Positions 12,364 through 23,268 of a stretch of DNA of 64,000 nt are shown here, piece after piece. A model generated the notes under the pieces. The model worked only from the letters and a program-made list of their open reading frames with translations. It made no database searches and was not told the DNA's origin. The stretch's first letter is position 1, and every line of letters starts with the position of its first letter. The stretch spans positions 48,794,001 through 48,858,000 of the forward strand of contig NC_043000.1 of assembly GCF_006345805.1 (NCBI RefSeq), written 5' to 3'. The stretch is from Octopus sinensis (taxonomy: Eukaryota). The position numbers and the translations under genes are program-made.

Positions 12364-14597
12364 TAGATTTTTTTCCATAACTCAATTTTTTTATAGATTG
12401 ACTTGTTCTAGTTAATATGTTATTAAAATCTTAACCATGTCATTAAATCTTTTCGAGTATTGGGTTATCAGAAAAAGCGAATGTGTAAATTTATCCACAC
12501 TACATATTCTTTCCATATAATTATTTTGATTGTCTACAAGCCGGATTTCGTTTACGCCTTAATCATACGAGGATATCAATGAGTGTCTAGATATCGTCAT
12601 TCAGAGGGTATGGAATAGCAGCAAAAGATACACGATCAACATATTTCTTTTAAATAAAAATTTGATTTACTGACGGAAAAGTACAGATCTGATCATCATG
12701 ATGCGAGTACTTTTGGACGTCAGTCATCTGATGGTGCTTAACTTTCAATCACTATTGTCTTCAATGTGATAAAACGATGTGGGAATGCAGTAGAGATACG
12801 AAAATATTTTATACAATATAAACGATTGAAATGCAGTATTAAAGAAGAAAATTATCATTGTTCCTTCAATGTTATAACATTTCTAAAGATCGATAATTTC
12901 ACGTAACAGGATTATGATTTACAAAAGCATTACAAAAAATTAAATACAAAGATAGATATCTAAAAAGAGACAAAAGAAAAAAAGCAACTCGCTATTTATA
13001 CGAGCATGAGTTTAAAATGCATTAAAGTTTACTGCATATATGAAGTACATAACTTTATTGAAATCGAATCCATTGCTATAAAACTGCGCTTTATGAATGG
13101 GTTACAGGCTCGTAATTATCTATGAAATGATATTTTTGTAGCTTTATCGATGATTATGAGCATGTAAGCCATTGAAAGGAGCATCAATGAATTTTTAATT
13201 GTCAACTAGATAATTTAGAGAAACCGATTTTACTTCTTACAAGGAACAGACAAATGTTCCCCTTGAAAGAATGAAAACTCAATGATTGTTGTTCAAAATC
13301 TACCATAGATTATTTACTACTGAATGGTCTGGAGACATTTTGAGCAAAGTCACTTGGCTATAAACAGCACAACTGTAATGCTATGTTACGAACTGCCTTT
13401 TAGATGAGTTCCTCAGTTTATTGCACTGATCTTCTCTCGTTTTCATATCAAACCATTGAAATTTACGCTTCTCAAATTACATCACAGTAAATTCTTTTTT
13501 TATTGAAAGATATATTAGATACAATACTGGATCACAAAATGGAAGCCTTGGAAGTCTGACACTTGATTAGTAAACCCTATAAAAATATGTTCCCATAAGA
13601 TTTGAACCATGGGTACAAAGGACATACACTAAATAAAGTAAATAATTTAGCCTAGCACGCCTTTAGCTCTCAATCTCCTTAGCTGAAAGAATAACAATAT
13701 TACCTCCAAATTTATGATACATTGTGATCTTATTCTTATAAATTTACAGGAAAAATATCGCTGGTCCTAAAAGAGCTTCAGTAAAAAAAACCTGAAATAG
13801 TATTTCTGTAATTCATGAAATAGCATAACATTAAAAAATATGCAATTGTATAACATTAAAAATAAGCAATTTGGTGTCTAGAGAGTTAACTGCGCATAAC
13901 TACTCCTTAAATCTATTTCTTTTCAGTTTATGAGCTAATAGCTTTAAGTAAAGTATGAACTATATAATCTCTCAACATCGATATAACGGAATAAATTTTA
14001 CCCCCTCACACACTGCTCAACGGCAAGACATACATCAACAGATGGATGTAGTGATATGGTGTCCATATTGCCTATAAGGTAAATGATGAGGTCTTATTTA
14101 CGATTATAATAACCAGTCCAGCTGAGGAAGTCTTCGGGACTAAGGCATACATTTACTAATATTTCTATTATTACGTGAAAGATTTGTCATTGCAGTTACG
14201 ACATTCGGTTACTTCTAGCATTGTTAGCAGCACGGAAAAGACGAATAAGTAATTCAGCAATGTGGTCGTTATGGGTTTTATGATCTATCTTAAGGCCGAA
14301 CAAACAAGGCAGGATTTCATAATTCAAAGCTTTCCGCATTCTGATTCTCTAATGGTAAGATGTTACAATACATTTTCATATAACCTTTCAAGATTTTGTC
14401 ATTCTTATCATAACCTATTTATTTCATACCTTTAATAAGCGCGTACAGTTTATAACTCTATCTCTATGCGCTTACAAATTATAATTCTATCTCTATGGGC
14501 TTCTTATGAGACATACCAATAGAAAACTAAAACATTGATATGCAGACTGAAGCTATTCGGTCTTCCACCAGTGACGTTGAGATAAAGAGAAGTACAA

Positions 14598-14917
14598 TTA
14601 TTTACATTATTTACATTCGACGGATATTTCTCCTTATCTTGTTTGTTGTTAACACAACTTTTCGGCTGATATGCCCACTAGCCTTCATCAGGAGCCTTAG
14701 GGAAATTTCGAACCTGGGTTCTCATTCCTAAGGTATTTTTCGATATTATTATTATTATTGTTGTTGTTGTTATTCAGGTCACTGCTTGGAATTGAACTCG
14801 GAATCTTGGGGTTAGTAGACCGCGCTTTTAACCACTACGCCATATGATAAAGGCTGGAGAGTATATCAACCGAAATGTACATAATGTACATAATTCCTCA
14901 TCTCTTAAATACAGAAC
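14598..14917. mobile_element. Family E element, second inverted-dimer insertion
   Basis: Minus-strand copy 14598-14846 (A-box tggcgtagtgg, B-box gagttcaattcc) joined to an internally deleted plus-strand 3' piece 14845-14917. TSD agagaagtacaa (14586-14597) / agagaaatacaa (14918-14929). Confidence 0.85.
14651..14696 (-). ncRNA. Minimal type-I hammerhead motif with both core boxes intact
   Basis: ggctc-CTGATGA-a-ggcta-gtgggcatat-cagcc-GAAA-ag-tt-gtgtt. Confidence 0.7.
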
Positions 14918-15429
14918 AGAGAAATACAAGTTGCTTACCATGACATATCATGTTCTAGTTCGATAAAAGTTAGGTTTGTTTTTAGCAATATCTCCCCGCT
15001 AGTGATATAAATAAACGTACATTTTGCACCAAAAGCTTATATGAAAGTTTCTCTAGTTATATCCACTGCAGTTAGGTTTGTTCTGACAGAACATCCACGT
15101 TTAAGTGGGGATAAATATTATTGCTAAATGTTAATACTGCTTCTGTCTCTAATATAAAATTTTTTAACAGGCTCACTGGCTAATCGCGACACCAGTGCTT
15201 GTTCAGGCACTGATTCTTTATATATCGCTAGTGGCGGTGTGTGATGAATCGCTGTTATCTTTAGCAGTCGTGCGTTCATCACCGATCAAACCAAGGAAAA
15301 CCGAAATTACGTGATCTGTTGGTCCCGGTAGTAAGAGTTGTTCAAACAGAACATCCACGCTTCAGTGGGAATAAATATCACCTCCCGGTATTATTGCTGC
15401 TTGTGTCGGTTATATATATATTTCTAATA

Positions 15430-15811
15430 GGTGGAGGCGCAATGGCCCAGTGGTTAGGGCAGCAGACTCGCGGTCATAGGATCGCAGTTTTGATTCCCAG
15501 ACCGGGCGTTGTGAGTGTTTATTGAGCGAAAACACCTAAAGCTCCACGAGGCTCCGGCAGGGGATGGTGGTGATCCCTGCTGTACTCTTTCACCACAACT
15601 TTCTCTTACTTCCCGTTTCTGTTGTACCTGTATTTCAAAGGGCCGGCCTTGTCACTCTCTGTGTCACGCTGAATATCCCCGAGAACTACGTTAAGGGTAC
15701 ACGTGTCTGTGGAGTGCTCAGCCACTTACACGTTAATTTCACGAGCAGGCTGTTCCGTTGATTCGGATCAACCGGAACCCTCGTCGTCGTAACCGACGGA
15801 GTGCTTCCACC
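15430..15811 (+). mobile_element. Family C tRNA-derived SINE, full length, apparently young
   Basis: A-box tggcccagtgg, B-box-like gttttgattccc, CpG-rich body. TSD tttctaata at 15421-15429 and 15816-15824 (extends to ata-ttt(t)ctaata). Confidence 0.9.
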
Positions 15812-16533
15812 ATATTTTCTAATACATACTGATGATGGTGATGATCATGCATTGAGGAGGAGGTGGAGGAGGACTTTTATCTTAGTCAAAAAATATTTTC
15901 TGAGAGGCAGCAGTAGATTAAGTCTATCCCTAACACATAACTAGTATTTGATATGAATAAGTGAACGATAGAAAGGATATTCTATTTCTGTTAAATCTAA
16001 ACGCAATGCAAAGCAACTCATTTAAATTTTATAACGCGTTTTGTCCATCACTTGCGAATTCTTCAGTTCATTGCCTTAAAAATTAATGAAACTAATGAGA
16101 AACTTTTTAGTTAAGGAGCAACGAGAAATTAATTTAAGTGGATAAAGCAGAAGGACATGATTTATTTGCAATTAATTATACATATTATCAAAAATAGAAA
16201 ATATTTAGGAAAATATAATGCTAACATCGTTACGAAGGTACTTCAAATTCCTTGGAGTAGAATATTCAATTACAAGCAATCTTCTCAAATAATTAAACAA
16301 TTATGAAATTTTAATGTCATTAATATTTCATTTATTTTACATTATTTAATCGGGTTAGTTCAAGAAGGAATGTTGTTGCTTAAGGTGTATATGCACGTGA
16401 ATATACATATATATGTCGTAAGTATATCTATAGAAACGGATAAAAATATGTTTAGTTATAAGAAATGTAAGTATTCCTCAACGTACACAAAATAACAACC
16501 ACACAAGATACAGCTACATATACCTACATACAC

Positions 16534-16597
<64 letters not shown>

Positions 16598-17006
16598 TGT
16601 ATGTATCTATGTATGTATGTGAGTATGTATGTCTAGATAGATAGATAGATGATGATGATGATAATAATAATAATCATGATAATAGAAAAGTAAGCTGAAA
16701 GTAATTCCACACATATACCCATAAACGTAGATACCTTGAGTTATCATATAATATGGTAACCGAACGAAAGAATAGTTCTTAAATGCGTATGAAGACTTTT
16801 GTTACCTAAAATATCCTAAGCATATATGTATGTGTGTACATATATATTAAACTCGGGCGTCGGTAGTCCATGGTTTCAACTATGCAGAACTTCGACTAAA
16901 TTGCACATCCTGCGTTTTATTTTGTGTGTGGAGAAACTACGGAACTGCCTGTATTTCATTGGCGTATATACATTTATATTCAAACATGTTTACATACAAA
17001 CCTAAG

Positions 17007-17044
<38 letters not shown>

Positions 17045-17094
17045 TGTATATATATACATTTATATACATATGTATATATGTGCGTGTGTGTGTG

Positions 17095-17128
<34 letters not shown>

Positions 17129-17246
17129 TATTTTAAATATTTAAAAATTGAGGGAGATAAATTAATATTAATTTTAATATCAATTTAAAACCAGTAGTCC
17201 AGCATTCAAAAAATCTGAGGAGTCAGAGAAAATTCAAATATATGTG

Positions 17247-17330
17247 TATATTGGTAGGGCTGGCCTTGTAGTTTGATCGTTGATGATCTTTTTCTAGCAT
17301 TTTGGCCGGCTACCTAGCAGGCCAGCCCTG

Positions 17331-17338
<8 letters not shown>
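17247..17338. repeat. 20-bp inverted repeat within TA microsatellite context
   Basis: tatattggtagggctggcct (17247-17266) vs aggccagccctgccaatata (17319-17338), one mismatch. Confidence 0.75.
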
Positions 17339-17375
<37 letters not shown>

Positions 17376-17732
17376 TATATATATACTGTATTATATACTA
17401 TATCATATTACACACACACATACAATCACATGCAAATATATATGTGTGTGTGTGTGTTGTATGTATCTATGTGTGCTATGTGTACGTATGTGGTAGACTC
17501 CAGAGGGCAAGTTATAATGAAGAACACAGTCAAAGATTCAAGATTTATAATCAAGTAACATGAGCCTGACGTGACTACACACCCATCCACTCATACACTC
17601 ATGTATATATATATATATATAATATATATATATTATATATATATATGTATGTGTATGTGTGTGTGTGTGTGTGTCCATTTGTAGATTTGCAAGGCATTCG
17701 AAAAATTCACCATCTGATATTCTTGTGTGTAT

Positions 17733-18232
17733 GTCATTTTACCAGTTAGGTGTATGCATCGCGAGTTCAACACAGGCTAAGTCACAAATTTACAAACATC
17801 GTGATCTCTCATAACTAAAGAAAAAACTAGCTCTCTTAACTCACTTTGTTTGCGACCGGCTTAAACTCTCTCAAGAAAAACATTAATTAAACTCAAAGAA
17901 AAATCAATACCTAGAAACATGGATAGATATATCCAGTATGAGTTTGTATGGATATGCGATTACATATATTTATGCATAGATAAAAACTTGGCAAGACACA
18001 CAGTCACCGGCTGACACTCGCTGACGATACATCGAAGAGGCCAGGGAACAGAAGAAAGAAGACATGCACCCAACACCATTGCTGAAGACACCTCCGAAAG
18101 GCGGGGCGCCACGTCAAAACGGTAGAGGAGTAGGGGCCGAAACCGGATGTGGTTCCTCCTGATGATGTCTTGAGCTAACTGGATCCTATAAAGGAGCTGT
18201 TATGGTAGCAGACCACGAAACACGGTTGTAAT
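17733..18232 (+). pseudogene. Highly decayed Penelope-like GIY-YIG endonuclease plus GC-rich 3' region
   Basis: Frameshifted reading V-I-YQ..CMHREFNTG* / QIYKH..LALLTH..QYLETWID resembles the PLE EN pattern (VYxIxCxxC..YIGQ, RxxEH, SALxxH, LExWxI). It is followed by CTGAAGA (18082) and CTGATGA (18159)...GAAA motifs. Confidence 0.45.
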
Positions 18233-18397
18233 TCATATATATATATATATATTATAATATAATAATAAGAGTAAATAATTCCTATAATGGTTTTTAAAAA
18301 ACCCAACAATTATTTACTGGTAGAATTCGGTATGTAGATATAACCGATTAATGGTAGGAACTTCTGTAAAGTTCTGTATATATATTGTATATATATG

Positions 18398-18450
<53 letters not shown>

Positions 18451-18451
<1 letters not shown>

Positions 18452-18672
18452 TTTATTTAAAGCAGCAGAAAATTCTACAAAACCTGTTCCTCTGAGTTTC
18501 GCGTTGCCGTTCATCGGACAGTGTTTGCTAGCAACGATGAACGGCAACGCGAAACTCAGAGTAACGGGTTTTGTATAATTTTCTGCTACTTTAAATAAAG
18601 CATATTACTCTACCACTGGTATTTGAGTACTCTTTTTTTCCACCTTGTTTCACATTTATGTGTTTACTCCGG
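18451..18672. mobile_element. Fold-back element with paired hammerhead-like motifs, inserted in (TA)n
   Basis: 66-bp arms 18451-18516 and 18535-18600 with 4 mismatches and an 18-nt spacer, plus a 72-nt single-copy tail. Arms contain (c)cgatga-acg-gcaa-cgc-GAAA-ctc-a-gag-ta-ac(a/g)g. Confidence 0.8.
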
Positions 18673-18679
18673 TATATAT

Positions 18680-18731
<52 letters not shown>

Positions 18732-19806
18732 TATGAATATGTGCGGTTAGCATTTTAAAAATATTATATTAAAAACATGATGATATATACTGAAGATCAA
18801 ATAGAGTAATATACCCTATTTGAAGTTTGCACATACACACACACACAAATACAAATACTCTTATACAGATATACACGAATATACACAACAGCACATATGC
18901 ACATGCTTATCAATATATAATGAAACATATGATTAAAATGTATATGTATGTACACGTATGTGTGTGTGTGTAATTGGATGAATATTGATAAAGGTATACA
19001 TTCACACTATTATAAGCATAAATGTTACATATATGTGTTTGGGTATGTGCATACACACAACTACACGCACACACACTTATATATATTTGTAAAGAAATGT
19101 GTGTAGATGTGCGCGTGTTTGTGCGCGTGCGCTATCGTGTATTAAGTAAGTTGTGGTACGCAACAAGTTTTCAATTATTTGAAACTTCCCTTAAAGTTAG
19201 ATATAATTAGCGGAAAAATTCATGTCTTATACTAAATTTGTTCATACGTCATTGGCTTTATAATTCGATTTATCTAAATCCATGGCATTAGAATTATATT
19301 CTTTTCGATATATTCTTTCCGTATACACACACAAACATATATATATATATATATATGGAGTTAAACGCAGGTGTTATTCGCATTCTTTTACTTCCGGCAC
19401 ATGTTTCGAAGATATCACTGGTATTATTCCAAAGGAATGAAATGGTGTAAAACAATGTACTCTTCTTTTCAGGGAAATGAAGAAATGAAAGTCGTCAATA
19501 AGACATTTTAACAGAATATGGTGACTATTAAATTTCTTTTTAAAAAATGTCAGATACGAAATTAATTTACTAAGCCATGAACTGTTACGTTTATTTCTAT
19601 CCCTAAAAGTAGAGTAATTATTAGAAATTCTCTTGCATAACTGATAAGATGAACTGTCTATATAAAAATACTTCATTAACAGCAGTAAGTTTACACTGGT
19701 ATATAGAATTTTTAAATTTAGAGTTACTTGTCATAAACTTGATTCTGTTGTAATTGACTACAGATACAATAACCTTGCTATTAATATTTCTAGGGGGATA
19801 TATATA

Positions 19807-19858
<52 letters not shown>

Positions 19859-19868
19859 CTGTGTGAGT

Positions 19869-19907
<39 letters not shown>

Positions 19908-20696
19908 ATATATATATATGGAGTCCTATGTATGTCTACACACAGAGAGAGGAAGAGAGATGGATGGACGGATGCTAGGTGGCACAGACGGATTTATAGA
20001 TAGTTATAAATACGGTTTTTATTGATTTCTTAGCAACGATATAATAGTATTTATGATCATATATTGCTTGACTGCTATATATATATATTTTATATCTCTC
20101 ACAGAGATAAACATCTGTGCCACATTCCACATATTTTTTTGTTCTTTTTTCTGTATTAATAATTTAAAGGGACTTAATTGTATATGACAGAGCATTTCGT
20201 TGAATTGTTCCAGTAATTTGATTAACTACGAATAGTTATGGTCAAACAATGACATATAGATTTAATACAATACGCAATTAAGAAGATGTGTATAATCGCA
20301 CTTCTAAAGACCTGAGTTGTTTAGCGAGATTATAATTTGTAGCTTCAGTATAAACTGCTGTTGGCTTACAAATTTAAGTAATCGATAATAGAAAAAAATT
20401 TAACAGTGAATATCATTAAACATAATCAAATTTTTGCGTAGTGATTTCAAGACATAATTATGTATTTGAGAATGGAATGACAGTTCTCGGGCAATTAAAT
20501 GTATTCTACTCTATTGTTAAATTCTAAATATTATTAATTGCATGATTAATCAAAAAGCTAAAATGATTAACGCAATCTATTTTTGAATCCTGTTCTATTT
20601 ATGTGTATGCTATTTTATATATACAAATGAAACTAATTCACATGCACGCTCACAATCATTGATTATAAGGCACATACACATAAAAATATATACATC

Positions 20697-20744
<48 letters not shown>

Positions 20745-21128
20745 TTTGCTCCACTATGTGCGTGTGCGTGTGTCTGTGTTTGTGTATGCTGTGTTGTTTA
20801 TAATAAGAGACAACGTCTCTTATAAAGAAAGAGAAGAATGTATTTGTTATAAAGGCGTTTCGTGCTGTAAATCGAAAGAATGTGGTACTATGAATATAAA
20901 AGGAATTAGTAGATGTTTAGTTAAAAATCATTTATTTTCTTTCCGAAATAAGAAATGCTGTCCACAAAACCTAGAACTGTGATTCATCTTTTAACATTGC
21001 TTATTGATAGAGTAATGCAGCATCATAATCTTTGAATATATGGACAAATTATTCACATTGAATGTAAAGAACAACAAAAACTGCTTAGAAAATATGATTT
21101 ACATTACGCTGAGTTCTAATTATTAACA

Positions 21129-21486
21129 TGCGTAGGCGTACCTGTGTGTAGTGTGAACTTTGCTTCTCAACCGTATAATAACAGGTTCAGTCATGCTGCA
21201 TGGCACCTTGGCCAGCCATACCCTAATCAGTGGATTTCGTAGAAAAATCTGCTACATGATTGTCATATATACATATGTATATGAGTAAGTGTTGTGTTTT
21301 TCTGTGTTTGTCTCCCTCTACCGTTTGACAACCTGTGTTGGTTTGTTTTCATTCCTGTAACTTTGTGGTTCGGCAAAAGAGACGGTATATTAAGTAACAG
21401 GCTTTAAAATAAATGTGTTTGGGTCGATTCAAGGCGGTGTCCCAATATCGCTGCAGTATAATGACTGAAACAAGTAAATGATAAAA
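21129..21486 (+). mobile_element. Family B SINE
   Basis: tRNA-like head (aggttcagtc..tggcaccttgg), ggttcggcaaaagagac, gggtcgatt, aatgactgaaacaagtaaa tail. Confidence 0.85.
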
Positions 21487-21614
21487 TATATGTTAATGCA
21501 TTAGTTTTACTACGTATAGTACTATTTTGAAGAATGAAATGCTGTCGCGGATTAGATGTATGTTAGTGGCAAATATTTATGTTAGTTACGATGAATGTTC
21601 AGAGCTGTTGCTAT

Positions 21615-22720
21615 CGTTGTTTAGCGTTAGGTCAGCCCTTGATAAATAATGGGTTGCTCAATGTTAAAGTCGGAAACGTATAACATCGAAGGAGATATGG
21701 ATGTTATTCCATCAAGGGTGAGTGATCCCATAGAAAGTCTCACGCTGGTTTGAAATTAATATATTACTTGTTATATAAATTGTTCCTGTTTAACTCCGCA
21801 TCAGTCAAGATCTCGGACACATGTCTGCAACCAAATGTGTTTCAGCTTTAACTATCTTGTCTTTTTATTGTGACAAAGTATATCCAATGACCACATGATC
21901 TAATGTCTTTCTTTACTAAAACTGGGGGATGTATTTTCAGAAATATTTAACAGGCGGGGCAATGTGGTAAAAATCTTGCATCCTAACCACATAGTTCTAG
22001 ATTCAGTCTCACTGTGTGCGACCTTGGGCATGTGTCTTCTATAGCCTCGTGCAAATTAAAGCCTTGTGAGTGGATTTAGTAGGCAGCAATTGAAATAAAC
22101 CTGCCGTATATGTATCTGTGTGCGTGTGTGTGTGTTTGTATCTGTGTTTGTCCTACATCCTCGCTTGACAACCAGTGTTAGTGAGTTTACGTCCCCGTAA
22201 AGCGACGAAAAGAATAAGTACTAGGCTTTAGAAAATAAGTCCTGGAGACGATTTCTTCAACTAAAACCCTTAGAGGCAGTGCATGACTGCAATCACATGG
22301 CTGAAACAAAGGAAAGATAAAAGGCAGAAGGTATTGTTGCTATCAGGTCGGCCGGCCCATGTAGAGGTGTTTTGATAAATTCATGTTGTACATGATGTTC
22401 TAGAATACCTTGTAATATATTGCCATTCAAATATGCATACACACAAAGATGAAAACAGCTAACATTTACGTCCTCTTTCCTGATCAATGGTTTCTGTCGA
22501 TGAGACTTTGTTTGGGCTAAACAAAAGCACAGTAATTCCGTTTTGCTTAGCGAATTGCCAGCCCTAATTGAGTGGACCTAGGATCAGTAGCCTTCCAACC
22601 GTGGTAATACTAACATTTTAGACAGTACCAAGAACGAATTTATCCAATGTATACTTTCCATCTTTTAGACGATGAGTGTCATTTAAGGAATAATTAGCTA
22701 CATCAACGTATAGGCTCCCT
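21615..22720 (+). mobile_element. Cluster of old dispersed-repeat (family F) fragments, one split by a family B SINE
   Basis: Recurring motifs ttgtttagc..aggtcagccct, gatca..ttccagct, tccaatg, g(a)gattt..gctat..caggt..catgtagagg at ~21615-21745, ~21785-21950 (resuming ~22330-22367) and ~22545-22720. Confidence 0.5.
21952..22325 (+). mobile_element. Family B SINE
   Basis: aaccacatagttctagattcagtc...gccttgtgagtggattt...gtttacgtccccgtaa...ggctgaaacaaaggaaagataaaa. Confidence 0.9.
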
Positions 22721-22859
22721 CATTTGTCTGTACCGGTACAGGCTTTTATACGTTCAAGGAGCATGTTTGTTTCCCCCCAAATTTCGTAGCATATAATAGT
22801 AACATTAATGTCCAGTTGTAAAGAAAACGGCTTCAGTCATTAAAACTTATACCATATAT

Positions 22860-23268
22860 AGGTGCAGGTATGGCTGTATTGCTACACTATAATCCTATAC
22901 TCACTGTGCAACCACATGGTTGCAGGATCAGTCTCAGCCTGCGGCACAATGGATAAATATCTTTTACTATAGCCCAAGACTGAATATTTTCATATAAGTG
23001 AATTTGATAGACGGAATCTGCGTGGAGGCCAGTCGCATATATATAAATATATACATATATGTGTGTGCATATATGTGTGTGTATGTTTGTCTTCCCTAAT
23101 CACCGCTTGACAACCGGTGTTGGATTCATTATGCCTCCGTAACTTAGCGGTTCGGCAAAAGGCGCTTAGAATACTTACCATATTCAAAAAGTGGGATCGA
23201 TTTGATCGATTAAAATCCTTCAATGATATGTCGGAGCATGACTGCACTCCAGTGACTGAAAGAAGAAA
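22860..23268 (+). mobile_element. Family B SINE
   Basis: caaccacatggttgcaggatcagtc...caccgcttgacaaccggtgttgg...cttagcggttcggcaaaa...gtgactgaaa. Confidence 0.85.

Noticed and set aside
15829-15846. CTGATGA hammerhead core match
   Set aside because: Part of a (GAT)n-like run with no helix II or GAAA partner.
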